A DNA stretch of 64,000 nt, taken from the NCBI GenBank assembly GCA_951804945.1, contig OX638154.1, positions 62,186,001 through 62,250,000 of the forward strand, in the 5' to 3' direction. The notes beneath the pieces are model-generated. The model ran no database searches and had not been told where the DNA came from. It saw nothing but the letters and a program-made list of their open reading frames with translations. This DNA is from Podarcis cretensis (lineage: Eukaryota). The translations under genes were made by a program, and so were the position numbers. Of this stretch, positions 1-13,030 are shown piece by piece. Numbering within the stretch: position 1 is the first letter of the stretch; each line of letters starts with the position of its first letter.

Positions 1-3000
1 ATGTAGAAACCGCTGCTTCATTTTTTGTTGTGTCAATTTTAGTCAAAATCAGTTGGTACCCAAACTCCTCATTATTGTCAGAGGGAAGGATTGGGATTGA
101 ATCCAAATAACTATGATTGGGTGTAGAAAATGTTTTAGTGTTACTCTTTGAACTTTTGCGTAAGTCAAGATTTCTTATGTACAGTGTCACAGTGTGTCAG
201 GGGTTTGATTACGATATGAGAAACACATTGAATAAGAAGCAAAGAAGGTGAAGCATAGACCATAAAAAGGTCTTGAGGTGAGCTTTCACATTGATAGGCA
301 ATATTAATTCTGTATTTACTATAGAATCTATCGCTGTTTCATTGTGTTACCATCATTAATAAACCTTGCCTATATCCAAGGTCTCTCAAACCTCATTGAA
401 GCCAACGACATTTAAGCAACCCACGTAAATCAAAGAAGGATTGCAGGCCAAGAGTGAAATCCATTATGCTGTGGAATGTCTAAGGTTCCAGTGTTCACTA
501 ACACAGATAATTTTCTTCAGTTCCCCCTTTTCTCTGTGGCTACCTGCACCTTTGAAAATCTCAAGACTAGTGTGGAAGGCAGCATAGGACAGGGCTTCAG
601 GTGGAAATGGATAAAATTACTTCCTTTTATCTTACTGCTGTGTGTCTCAACTGCATCAAACACCGTTTTGCAAGTGGAACAACAGCATTGCATTCTCCCC
701 CTATAGTTTTTATTATTACAGTTGCCCACTCTAGTTATTTGCACATTGTTCATGTGCACCAATGAAATTTTTCTGATGACTTAGCCCTACATAACCAGTC
801 TTTAGAAGACTCTTTGTAACATCAAAGATTATAAAAGTAAATGATTAAAATGATAATCTAATAAAAATGGGTATTTTGAAATGCCATCATATAATTCTGA
901 TCCATAGTGCAAATAAAAGCTTGCATACAGCTGCGTTGTGTTTAAACTAAGGTCTGTAACTTCAACTTTTGATTTTAATTAAACCTGGAGGGTAAGCAAA
1001 TGCTCTTCACATAGTTATGTTCAGCTAAAAGTAAAGTTGGCATGATGGACCCACCCCCATTTTCTGCTTGCTATTACCAGTACTCCAAGATAAATCTTTT
1101 TAATTGCAGTTGTACATAACATGAGGAACTTTTCAAAAACCCTACCATTTTAGGCATTAATAGAGTTGAGGGGTCTGTATTTTCATCAAAGATAAATACA
1201 AAACTCAATGAATATTAGTGATTTTGTAGGTATTCTTAAAATTTTCATTCTGGGAATAATTACCTGATATGTTTATGAAGTATATTAGTTCCTATGATAA
1301 AAGTGGGCTAATGAAGTAAAGGAATTATTTCAAAGTAGTGTGTGTTTGGTGTTATAATCTTCTAACTTTTCAGTAATAATCATCAAGAAGATGGATTGAG
1401 TGAACTAGTGCCACTGACAATAAGCTGAAATGATATTTGGTTATATGTTCCTTTCCTTGGTAGAATCCTGGCCTGATCCAGGGGTTGAAGAATATGGATT
1501 GCATTCCTAGTTCTCCCATCACTTCTGACCTGGTACTATGGTCCTTCCTGCACACTTCATCCACCATATGCTGTAATTTGGATGATCATAGAGTGTATTC
1601 ATCCCTTATTGTGTGACTTTCTAAACAAATAGAGCCTGCTGTGCAGTTCCCTAATGCACTGTGCTCAGGCATCATTCACCAAGTGAGTGCTGAGGTAGGC
1701 TGAAAAGGACCAGTCAGTACAATCCAGTGACAGGTTGCCTAATGGGTGCCGGATGGGGGCATTTAAAGTGCTGCATCATCAGATTTGCCCAGTAGACTCC
1801 CTTTCCCCCATCCCCAAAGCCATTTGTTTCATGCAACTGATACCTTAGCTTTTCTGAATGAAAGTAAACCTAAAAGGCAACAGTTGAGATTTTAAAAAAA
1901 TATTTAATTTGTTATCATTTTGGGTTGAAAAAAGTCACCTAGACTATTTAAAAATATACATATATGTGTAATGTTTACTCTGAAAATAATCAGCATGTCT
2001 TACATGAATATTATGTGACCTGTAGTCCTTTAAAATATAATTGTGGTCATTTAATTATGGTTGAAGAGAGCAGATAGGAGGATATCCTGCAGAACACATT
2101 AGCTATTACTCCAATATGCTAATCTTGTTAACTTTGCTTTCCAGTTCTTAATTTTATTTTATATGCTGTATGTATGTTTGTATATAAAATATTTGGAGAA
2201 TGATGTCAGAGGTCTGCTATGAAATTTGAAGTGAGGGCAATGATGGTTTGTGAGCTATAGCAGCAAGTGAGGGGTCAATGTGTTCAGAGGGGCAGGGACT
2301 CAGGAGGGGGAAGGCTACAAATGTAACAGTTTTTATTATTTGCATATATGTAATGTACAAAAGAGAAGGGGGAGGTGTTGCCAGGCTTTATCAAACTGGT
2401 CAAAATGCAGCCCACATATTCTTTTTAAAATAATATATTTGTGCATACACTCACAATAAATTGTAGAAAGATCACTAGGAGTCAGATCTTGAAAGACTGG
2501 ATTGTCTTGATTAAAGAACAAGTCTTTAAAGACTTTGCATACCCCTACTGGGTGGAAAACAATATACCTTAAAATGGGAAGAAAATTGTTACTCCCAAGT
2601 GCTTTCATGGTCACATAGCTATGATGACTGAGTTTATGCACGAATGGGTAGCACTTGATTATTGCAGAATCAAGTGATGACTTGCATGCGTGAACAATAT
2701 GATATAATAAATATTTATTGCTTGTAGCCATAGGCCATTGCATGCAATACACATAAAAAGCAAATGTCTACAACACAGACATAAAATATGAGTAATTACG
2801 TTACCCACTTCTCATTTAACATGCAGACATGTGTGAACAAGCCAACATAGTTCCCCTCTCATGTAGCATAGGAACCACGGTAGCATAGCACATTCCTGTG
2901 CTGCTGGGGTTACTTGAGAAGCCGTGGGCCATGAGGAAGGAGCACACACTTTGTCCTTCTGACACTAGAACTGTTCCAGTTTCAGATTGAGGGAGGGAAC

Positions 3001-5468
3001 AGTCCACACTTTTAGGGGTGAGCCAACAAGTGGTGTGTTATGGAAGGATTTACATGCATACATACATTTGCTGAACTTATTCTTTCTAGAGGCATATTTG
3101 CCCAGGATTTTCAAGTTTGTGCCTTAGTACGGTATTTGTCAACATTTCGAGGACCCAACTAAGTTTCTAAGTCCATAGTGGTACCAAAACCGTGACCCAC
3201 CTTAGATCAGGTTGATATCTAGTAATGGGTCTCAACTCACCACTTAAAGGCTCAGTGGTTTATGGCTTGTGTGTGTGCGTTCAGATGACCTCATATACAA
3301 ATTATGGGAGTTGTGTTCTTTTTTTGGAAGACATACCGTTAAATGGGCTCCATATTCCTAAACTGAACTGGAATCACTCTTACTGATCGTTATACTATGT
3401 AATTTTTCTGTCTCCCACAAGCATTGCTTATTTTCTCTCATTCACACACTCCATTGTTTGGGTACTGTGCCATCCTGCCTTATCAAAATATTTTTCATTT
3501 TGGCATGTTAGAAAAGTGACAGCTGGGTCAGAGATGCAGACATGAATAGACATAAGGAAGGGCCAGGATCTGTGTGGTGAATAAACGCCTCTCCCAGGAT
3601 CTGCTCCCTTTTGTTTCCTAATCTTCAGCATAAAACTGCCATAACCATGTGCTCTGTCTGAGTGTGACCAGCCCCTTCCCCCAACCCGAGCAAAGACTGA
3701 AGTCTCTTCTTCTAAATAACCTTTTACGTTGCTGGACCTGCACCCTAAGAGTTCCATGCATTAGTCTGCCTTGGATCTCAGTGCTGCTATTTCCCAGTGT
3801 CTAGTTACAGATCTGTCTGTAATACTTATCTGTTCCTTTATTGTCTGTGTTGCTTAGCTCCCCTTAATCTCTGTCAGAATGCAAAAAATCTGTGTGTCCG
3901 GTTTCAGTGTCGCTCACAGTACTTTTAATAACTTTGTGTTCCCTTTGATTTCAGTTATCAGAAACTGCACGGCTGGGTTTTCCTGTATCATGCTCAGTGG
4001 CAGGCTCATAATGGATTGTTCCTCCAAAGAGATGATGCAGTAGCTGAATTTGCCTAGTTCTTCCAAGCCTCTTCTCCCTGAATATCCTTTTTCATTTGTT
4101 TTTGTTTTGTTATTGGCCCTACAACTTCAGGAGATACATTTTGTTCACTTGCTAATGGTTTGGACACACTGGCTCCTTGGTAGTTACAAATCTTGGTAGT
4201 TACAAAATTAACTATATACCAAATAAATCTGCAAGTTATACAAATATTATTTGATTGCTTGATCGACTGTGAAAGCAAACCCCCACACAGTATAAGCAGA
4301 ATAAGGGCTTATGTAGATCTTGTTGCTGATAGAAGGTTAGATACTCTATTCTAATTAAAATAATTTCCAGCAGCATAATATAGAACAGAATAAGGGATGT
4401 TGGTGGTCTGTAGGAAAAGAGCCGTAGATATAAGTAGATATGTGACCTGAGTATGTTTTCCTTCATGGCTGTATGATTCTCATGCCTAGAACACTTTTAC
4501 TCTCAAAATATTAACAGATTTTGTCTTCAATATTTAACAAAACCTTTCTCTGAATTATACCCTTTTATTTTTAAAGCCAAATCTGGAGTTTTGAGGAATC
4601 TGAAAGACAACACCTGATTCTCTGCTGGAAGCTTGCAGCAGTACAATAAGCCATTGTGTCTCAGGATAACAGTGGCCTATTGGTTTAGACTGAGGTTTCA
4701 AGAGTCCATGGAATCTCCAGTTTGAATCAAGCAGGCAGTTTCCCTCCTTTTAAACATATTATGCACGTGCCTCATCCCTGATTGGCATGACCACACAAAA
4801 AGGCCATTTGTAGTTGTTTGCACATGCACATCTAGAACTAGTACTGTGGCATTTTTTCAAGTGTCAACATTGGGCCTGCTACACTGGGGGTGCACACTGA
4901 GTGCACAGCGTCCTGCACTCTGGGGGAGCAGTCGATGGAGCACAGCTGCTGATGGGCTGCATTCCAGATGTTTGCAGTCCCCTGCGTGATTTACTTACAC
5001 TACAGTTTGCCTAATGATGTTGAATTCTCGGGAATGACAGTTACTGTGGTCTCCATTTGTACTCTGGGGCTGTTGTGCATGATCATATGAACTATAAAGG
5101 AGATTATTCCAGAATGCAACACTTGTGGATTATGGTTTATCTCTCTAGATATAGCCAGTAGGGAACCTTTTTGAACCTGAGAGCCATTTAATTTAATGAA
5201 GAGAGGTTGCATGCTAGTAGTGGATTGAGCAGAGGCGCAAAGTGAATGACGCAACATATAAGACTTTCGTACAGAGGCCTACATTCCAGCCATGAAAAAA
5301 CTAATAGGTTTCTACACCCCCACCCCCCTACCTTTCCATCTGCTGCTGCATTATCACACTCCAGCCAGGCAAAACCACCTGAGAAGGGTGCAGAGCAGGG
5401 CTGGTGTGGGTGTGGCCTGGGGAGAAGGGATATAGTCAAAGGATAATGCTAAGGGCTCATGGGGCATA

Positions 5469-5810
5469 CAGTGGTGCCTCGCAAGACGAAAAGAATCCGT
5501 TCCGCGAGTCTCTTCGTATAGCGGTTTTTTCGTCTTGCGAAGCAAGCCATTGACAGCTTAGCGGATTAGCGGATTAGCGGCTTTTAGCAGATCAGCTGAT
5601 AAGCGGCTTATCAGCGGATCAGCTGATAAGCGGCTTAGGGCTTAGGAAAAGGGGGGGGGAGAGAAAAAACCCCGCAGGAACTCGCAAGACATTTTCGTCT
5701 TGCGAAGCAAGCCCATAAGGAAATTCGTTTTGCGAAGCGCCTCCAAAACGGAAAACCCTTTCGTCTAGCGGGTTTTCCGTCTTGCGAGGCGTTCGTCTTG
5801 CGGGGCACTG
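5469..5810. mobile_element. Tc1/mariner-type non-autonomous DNA transposon (MITE), young and CpG-rich
   Basis: TA on both sides (5467-5468, 5811-5812). TIRs CAGTGGTGCCTCGCAAGACGAA ... TTCGTCTTGCGGGGCACTG, the right TIR lacking 3 bp. Repeated subterminal TTCGTCTTGCG motifs. Confidence 0.85.
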
Positions 5811-6316
5811 TATTTGCCTCCTGGACCTGAGGTCCCCAAACTGATGTATAACACTTAGTAGAAAGAATCAACTTGATTTCAACTGTGTCTTAAGTTTGTT
5901 GGTCTTGGTTAGTAAGCTGCAGTTGTCAACCATATTAATGCACTTGACCATATTCCTCAGGATTCAATTTTTTTAAGTCACCCCCTCACCCACATTCACA
6001 TTGTGTATCTGCTAGTAAATTAATTGGTTCCAGGAATGTTAGCATGGTTGTGTGTGTGAGGTCACATAGAACATATATGTCTAAGTATTGTAACAATAGA
6101 AATCAATATTTTGTAACTGTGCTGCTCAGCTCTGAAGATAGGTACCTCTGATGCCATAATTTCACTTTGCAGTGAATATTCTGTGAGAAATGAAAGTAAT
6201 CTGAATCATAGTTATCTGACAGAACTGCTTCCTCCAAGGCACCATGCGTCATCTCAGTTCAACATAGCTCTTTTAAGCCTCATTCCATTGTAAAAACATA
6301 TAATCATGTTTTAATA

Positions 6317-6480
6317 GAAATCTTACTGTACTAAGTTGGACCAAAAGTCCCTTTTACCCTGTAGTGGCTGCATTTTCTGGCAGCTGCTTTTCATGATCAC
6401 TCAGGCAAATACATTTCCCAGCTCGGCTACTGTTTCTTTTACCAGGATACTAGAAATTGAGCTCATGGCAACTATTGAAC
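6317..6480 (-). mobile_element. Highly degenerate tRNA-derived SINE remnant (same family as 17662-17843)
   Basis: Partial similarity (tactaagttggaccaaaagtcc...tggcagctgctttt...ctagaaattgagc) to the minus-strand copy at 61609-61805. Boundaries approximate. Confidence 0.35.
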
Positions 6481-6688
6481 ACATTCAGGTCTATGAATAT
6501 CATTTGGTGCTTTAATAGAATACCTTAAAGAGATTTATTTGGCAGGTATTGTTTTGTATTAATGTTTTACAAATGCATAGCAGAATATCAGCCCTGCTTC
6601 TCCACAATGGGAGAAGCAGTGACCATGGAGGGATTGTATTCTGTGGCCTTGGCAGTGTGTGTGTGATCAAATGATTCCTATTCTGGAG

Positions 6689-6872
6689 CAGAGCTTTCCA
6701 AACTGTGTGTTGTGACACGTTAGTGTGTCACACGAATGCTCCCTGTGCTCCACCTGGGAATGGAAAGGGGTTAGTTGAACCTCCGGTTTGCTAGTAAAAC
6801 TGAATTACTTTGTCACAAAACAATGCATGTCTAAAAAGTGTGTCATCAACATGAAAAGTTTGGAAAGCTCTG
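6689..6872. mobile_element. hAT-type MITE
   Basis: Perfect 16-bp TIR CAGAGCTTTCCAAACT/AGTTTGGAAAGCTCTG. 8-bp TSD TTCTGGAG (6681-6688) / TTCTAGAG (6873-6880) with one mismatch. Confidence 0.85.
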
Positions 6873-8068
6873 TTCTAGAGCCTCAGCACATTTTAGGCTT
6901 CCCAAGGGCACTGATACTGCCTTTCAACCATGGACCATGGCTTGGGTGCTTCAACAATAGGGACTATAACCAGTCTCCTGCAAGACCGTACTTCTCCTTT
7001 CCCCTCCCTGTACCTGGCTGCAGAGCTGAAATAGGTTGTTTTGGTCCCCTACTTCTTTTATCCATTCCTGGTGATGGACATGAGCATGTGGTCTGGGCCT
7101 TTAGCCAGATATGCATTACAGCATTTTTTTTAAAAAAACCAACCCATGTGATACCAAAAGTGATGACTTTAGTTTTGCTTTAGTGACTTTTGTTCAAGTT
7201 CCCAGCTTTGTGGAATTGCATTCTTAACACCTTCTGTCCAGAAGGCTAGCATCTAAGATGTCTGGTGCTCTTGGAAAGATCAGTACTGCAGTGTTGTTGT
7301 TTTTAAAGCTTTTTGCTGTGATAACCTGTTTGTTGGGATGGTATCTTTTCATATTTGTGAAGAAGACAAAGGAAGTACAGTGCAAAGCACTGAACAGTTT
7401 TTAAAAACAGTTGCAAAGCATATAAAAGGTTCTGTGTGTGTGAAAAACAGGACAGCTGTGATGGTCTATTGGGAAAGTATGTACAGATGGTGGTAGGGAG
7501 GAGAATGATGACGGCATGGCTGATAAATGAAATACCAAAGAGAGAGAAAGAGAGAGAATATGCATTATGTTTGTGATCTTTGTAAACAATATATTTTTGG
7601 GGTAGATCAGTAGAATTTTTGGTCTGCCAACCATTTAGCCAGGAAGTAAAACTGTCTGCATATTTTTTTCAGGTCTGGTTTTGTTTACAAGATGAAGATA
7701 GTGTTTAATAAATTGTATGCCTTGTAATTATTAGAGGAAAAAAGTAAACATATGGTTTTCTTCACATTTAGAATGTCATGAGATTGTCATAATGGTGTCC
7801 ATAGTCCTCCAAATAAAACTGTGAATTAGTCACAGTAACATGTGGGATTTTTGTGAAACAGATTTGTTTGTTTTGTATTGCAAATAATGGAAAAGATGAA
7901 TTAAATTTGTATTTGGCTAATAGTGATACTAGAATTTTGAAAAAGAAAGGATTTTTAAAATAATGAAATCTCTAAAATATATATTTTTTGATTATTTAAA
8001 ATATTTTTCTCCCATCTTTCTAGAAATGTACACATGACGATTATATATGAAAATTACATGCATGTGAA

Positions 8069-8071
<3 letters not shown>

Positions 8072-8102
<31 letters not shown>
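8072..8102. repeat. (TA)n microsatellite
   Basis: Directly visible. Confidence 0.95.
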
Positions 8103-8105
<3 letters not shown>

Positions 8106-8809
8106 CTACAATATAAACTATTGTTTGTACCTCATTCAAAATACCACCTCTGGGACTGAGTCAGGATAAAAGGAAAGTTGGCTAATGAAGAAAGAGAGAG
8201 AAAGTTGCATGGGGACACCTGATATTCTGAATCAAAATTCCTTACCCTACCCAGATGCTGTGAAGACTGTATCTACAAGATGGCCAGGTGCTTAATATTG
8301 TCCTGCCCATTCATGGAGATCTTTAAACTTTTCTCTCCTTTAGTTGTAAGTCACTGGCAGGGGTCTATTGTATATTGTGTGGAATAATTGCAGACATCTC
8401 AGAAACCAATAGTAAGTACCACTAGACTTTTCTCAGAAATGGCATAAAGCTTCTGTCCTAATGCCCTTTTGTTGACCTTGCCTGACTCCACAATTTCAAT
8501 TATCAGTTGTCTACATGTGTATTGACAAAGTTCAAAAATGGGTTATATATTGCTAATTAAGATGTTGATTGTCACACAGTCATTCTCCTGATCAGCCAAT
8601 CAATGCATATATTTGTATATTGCTTTTCCATATGAAAAATTCACTCATGGCAGTTCACAGCAAAAGTAAAACCCTATGCCACCTCCAAGGGTTGGGGAAA
8701 ACCCCAGGACAGTATTCTTTGCTTGTGAGTTATGGACTCAAGATCAGGCCTGGATGGTTTCTTGCTTATCCCTTCTAATAATTATTTTGCTTTGCTAGCT
8801 TTTGAAACA

Positions 8810-8865
8810 GAAGGTTGAACTAGATGGCCCCCATGGTCCCTTCTAACTCTACAATTCTACGGTTA
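8810..8865 (+). mobile_element. CR1 LINE (or CR1-tailed SINE) extreme 3' end, degenerate
   Basis: ggttgaactagatggcccccatggtcccttctaactctacaattctacg matches the CR1 3' stem-loop plus (ATTCTATG)n tail pattern. Confidence 0.7.
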
Positions 8866-8906
8866 TAAGTCTTGTGCATTGCAAGCCTTTGAACGTCTGC
8901 TTAGAA

Positions 8907-9036
8907 AAGGGATAGCCAACATGTGCTGTCCATATGTTTTGGCCTACAGCTCCCATCAGCCTCTGCCAGCATGCCAATGAGCAGGAACAATGGGTAATGT
9001 AGTCCATAAATCTGAAGGCACCACCTTGGCCACCTG
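8907..9036. mobile_element. Palindromic hAT-type MITE, degenerate
   Basis: Core ggcctacagctcccatca...tgggtaatgtagtcca. Near-TSD GCTTAGAA/TCTTAGAA. Confidence 0.7.
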
Positions 9037-9874
9037 TCTTAGAAGTAATCACCCATTGATTTCCATGATCAGTTGTGTATAGGATTTAAGCCTCCATTTT
9101 TGTTAGCAAATGCATAGTTAGTCCTATTTTATAATAGCATATTTTCAGCTAGGCAGGAAAAACAGAATTTTCCTCGTAGTCCAAAACAAAATCACTGCAG
9201 ACGGCCTTTCTTCAGTTCTCCTTTTCAGTCCATTACTTGGTGCCTCTGTGCACAGTTGCAGATATGATCAGCAGATGAAAGCATTTTCCTTAATAATAAA
9301 TAGGCTCTAGTTACGCTGCACCTTTCTACAAACAAACATTCTGTCCTACCGCATTATGAGATCCAGTGATGTCATCTTATTTGTCTTCTGTTTCCTCTCT
9401 GTGTTTTGCTTCAGAGTGAGTTGCTCTACAATAGCATATTTTCAGCCCCCTGCCTTACACCTGGAGATTGATTGCTTTTGTTTTAGATTGGAACGCATCC
9501 AGAATTGCATAGCCTTGCCTGCCAACATGGCAGTTCAATATACTAATGCATCAGCTTTAATGTTTTGACTTTCTGATCTCTGGTACTTTGAGTTCAAGTC
9601 AGAGATATGTGCAAGTTCAGAGCAAGATGCTGAGTTTCAGTTATGGAGGGTCTAATTTTCCCGCTAACTTTATGGTTCATATGCAAAAAAGTGCACATAG
9701 GATAAAAAATATTTTCTTAGCCCATGAAAGTTGGGTTTTAAAATATCAGTCTGGTAGGTAGGCTAAACGGGATGAATGATGTAGCTGTTCCACACGTCAC
9801 GGTTTTACTATTCATTCTGCATCAGTCAGCCAGTCCTACTTGTGCAAATGGAAAATGAAACAAGTTCTTAACAG

Positions 9875-9999
9875 CAGGGATGGGGAAACTGGTGTTCCAG
9901 ATCTTGTTAGACTTTATCTTGCATTAGCCTCAGCCAACAGTCAGGAATGATGGGAATTATAGTTCAGCAAAATCTGGAGGGCCACAGGATACCCACGTC
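9875..9999. mobile_element. Palindromic hAT-type MITE, degenerate
   Basis: cagggatggggaaac...gatgggaattatagttcagcaaaatctggagggccacagg; same family as 10478-10614. Confidence 0.7.
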
Positions 10000-10124
10000 T
10001 AAAAGAATAACCTGTCCACTGGAGTGTCATATGAACCTTCATTTATTACAATTTGCCTTTGTCCAGAAGCATAAATTAACACACAAATGTTTATAAGTTT
10101 TCCAAAACTCTTGTCACGATAAAC

Positions 10125-10262
10125 CAAGGATGGGGGATCTGTAGCCCTCCAGATGTTGGACTACAGTTTCCAGCATCCCTGACCATTGGCCATGCTGCTG
10201 CTGCCTGAGGTTGTTGGGAGTTCAAGTCTAGCATTTGTAGGGCCACAGGTTGCCCATTCTTC
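10125..10262. mobile_element. Palindromic hAT-type MITE, degenerate
   Basis: caaggatgggggatctgtagccctccagatgttggactacag...gggccacaggttgcccattc inverted arms. Confidence 0.7.
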
Positions 10263-10477
10263 TAATGAACGTAGGTGCAGTCCACGTATGTTCCCTGAAG
10301 ACAACTATGAAACAATGGGATTGCATGTTTAGATAATACTTCTGTCTGTTTATAAAGTCCTCATTATTTTTATATGCAGTTAAGGTGAAGTGCAACTGTT
10401 ATCTTTTTATGCAGCTGAAAAACATCTATCCTTTTGCATTTTTTAGAACAGTTAAAGTGAGGGAACATCCAATAATA

Positions 10478-10614
10478 CAGGCATGGCCAAACTTGGCCCT
10501 CCAGCTGTTTTGGGACTACAACTCCCATCATCCCTAGCTAACAGGATCAGTGGTCAGGTATGATGGGAATTGTAGTCCCAGAACAGCTGGGGGGGCCAAG
10601 TTTGGCCATGCCTG
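10478..10614. mobile_element. Palindromic hAT-type MITE, young
   Basis: TIR CAGGCATGGCCAAACTTGGCCC extends into ~55-bp near-perfect inverted arms. 8-bp TSD CAATAATA/CAATAAGA. Confidence 0.9.
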
Positions 10615-11366
10615 CAATAAGAGGAAAGTGCATGGCAACTGCTGAAAAACTGTTTATTATTCCAGCACAACAGTTTTCTAAAAGTAAGCTGCAGTTAGAA
10701 AGAGGGGTAGAATAAAACAACCAATAAAATAGTGAGAAAGAATAATTACTCCCTACAAATTTGTTCCAAATATCTGTTACAAAATATTACCAAGGTTGTG
10801 TAGAAGAAGCATTGTGATTTTTTAAACTCAAGCAGGTCTTAGATCATTTATTTTTATTACAGAACAGCCCCATCAATTAATTTTAACTTCAGCAAAGAAA
10901 ATATTCCAGTATTTTTTGTAATTTATTTTGTACTGAATAAGCTTTAACATTGTTTGGTAGACACAAAACTCTTTGGGACATATAATGGTTTATTCAAACA
11001 ATATTCAACAATACTAGTCCATATTAGTTTGTGGCTGATAGCCAAAGTTCTAAAATGCTTCTAGCTAAGGTCTGGTCTATGATACAGTAGAAAGTGATTC
11101 AGCTACAAACTGAAGGTGAGACTTGTTGTTGAATGTTCCCGATATAAACAGTTTTCTGCAGTTAGAAAACTAGCATAGTTGGGAGTGCACTGTGATAGAA
11201 CCCTGCTCCTTTACATACTAATTTGTTGCAGGGAATTTCACACATAAGGAAGCATTAAAAATGGTCTATCTTCTTCAGGTAAAATGATACTATCATATCA
11301 TCTGCTGCATGTGAAAACCACATCTCAAATTATCATACACTGATGCGTAAGAGATAGATTAGATTT

Positions 11367-11698
11367 AGTGGAAGACAGGAGTGCCTGGCGTGCGCTGGTC
11401 CGTGGGGTCACAAAGAGTCGGACACGACTAGAAGAAGAAGAAGAGTTTGGATTTGATATCCCGCCTTTCACTCCCTTTAAGGAGTCTCAAAGCGGCTAAC
11501 ATTCTCCTTTCCCTTCCTCCCCCACAACAAACACTCTGTGAGGTGAGTGGGGCTGAAAGACTTCAAAGAAGTGTGACTGGCCCAAGGTCACCCAGCAGCT
11601 GCATGTGGAGGAGCAGAGACGCGAACCCGGTTCCCCAGATTACGAGACTACCGCTCTTAACCACTACACAACACTAACTAAACGACTAAACAACAACA
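11367..11698 (+). mobile_element. RTE/BovB-type LINE 3' end, split by a SINE (pieces 11367-11430 and 11677-11698)
   Basis: ggaagacaggagtgcctggcgtgc...ggggtcacaaagagtcggacacgacta + aacgactaaacaacaaca is the typical BovB 3' terminus with a (CAA)n tail. Confidence 0.85.
11431..11676 (-). mobile_element. tRNA-derived SINE (Squam3-like) with (TTC)n tail
   Basis: Minus strand begins agtgttgtgtagtggttaagagc (A box), has a B-box-like gggttcgcgtc and a MIR/CORE-like gtgaccttgggccagtcac. Flanked by ACTA duplication. Closely similar to 17844-18080. Confidence 0.85.
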
Positions 11699-11851
11699 TG
11701 CAGGTTTAATTTGTCTCACTGTACTAACTAAGTTTATGTCTTGACCTTCAAAATGTTTCTGAACAAGGGAAGATATCTAGTCCTTTGTAGGTGGGAATAT
11801 GCCTATTAATATTTAGCTGTGTAGCAGAAATGTTTGTATAGAAAACAATTA

Positions 11852-12060
11852 CAGTGGTACCTCGGGTTACAGACGCCTCAGGTTACAGACTCCGCTAACC
11901 CAGAAATAGAACTTCGGGTTAAGAACTTTGCTTCAGGATGAGAACAGAAATTGTGCTCCAGTGGCGTGGAGGCAGCAGGAGGCCTCATTAGCTACAGTGG
12001 TGCTTCAGGTTAAGAACGGACCTCTGGAACAAATTAAGTACTTAACCCGAGGTACCACTG
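11852..12060 (+). mobile_element. Tc1/mariner-type MITE (CAGTGGTACC family), copy 1
   Basis: TA TSD; TIR CAGTGGTACCTCGGGTTA. Strand is relative orientation only. Confidence 0.9.
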
Positions 12061-12589
12061 TAAAGCCTAAGGACTGGTTACGTTCCTTAGCATAGTTGCT
12101 GTCAGTTGTTGATTCCCAGAAACATGCCATATCATGTGTGACTAGCTACTGATGAGTGTATTTTGCATTGTATTGGTTCTCTGACTGGAGAGTAATGTTA
12201 GTATGAATCCTGTTCACTCTGGATCTACCCCAGAAATGAGTCGCTGAGGAGGCTAGTTATGGTGGCAGCTGGGATGTTCTGCAAAATTATCAAGTGCAGT
12301 TTTCTCTTATAAAGGATCTAGTAGAACTTGTCAACATAATTACAAGGTCATCATCCATGGAACTGTGAAACTGGTTCATAAGCTTAATGGGTTTTAGCCT
12401 CACACTCCAACGCCACAGTTATAGAGAGTTTCAAAATAAGCTTCTGAGATGTTAGAATCAGTTGTTAAAGGTAAGAAATGTCATTTTACAATACATTTGT
12501 GAGTCTAGCAGCTCTTGGTATCCTGGCCAGGATTTCTCCGATGAATAAGCCACCTTTCTGAAAAATGGGATCCTTCTGGATTAGATGGA

Positions 12590-13030
12590 CCTATCCTGTT
12601 GGATCAGACCAGAGACCCATCTAGTATTCTATTTTCACACTTGCTAACCACATGCCTATGGGACCCTTTTCCCACTAGTGATCTTCAGCATCTGGTGTTC
12701 AGAGAGATATCTCTCTTCTAATGTTGAAGGTAGTATCCAACCATGATGATTAGTAGTCATTGACTGCCTTATTATCAATGAAGTTGTCTAAACCCCTTTG
12801 AAAGCTGGTGACCATAGATGTATCTGGTGTTAGTGAACTCCACTTTCATTTTGTCTGCCCTCAATTTTCCAGCACTCATATTCATTTAATGTCCCCAGGT
12901 TTTTGTATTAGGGGGGAGGAAATGCTGCTGTCTATCTATTTTTTCATGCTGTTCGTAATTTTATACAGATTCATCTTCTCCTCACTGTTTTTTTCTAAAT
13001 TAAAAAGGACTCAACTGTACTTTTGTTCAT
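12590..13030 (-). mobile_element. Old CR1 LINE 3' fragment
   Basis: Reverse-complement similarity to 61298-61577 (ggatcagaccagagacccatctag ... aagttgtctaaacccctttgaaag). Boundaries approximate. Confidence 0.6.

Noticed and set aside
10951-11244. TG...CA-bounded segment with a minus-strand AATAAA, possible small LTR
   Set aside because: No TSD and no terminal inverted repeat beyond TGT/ACA.
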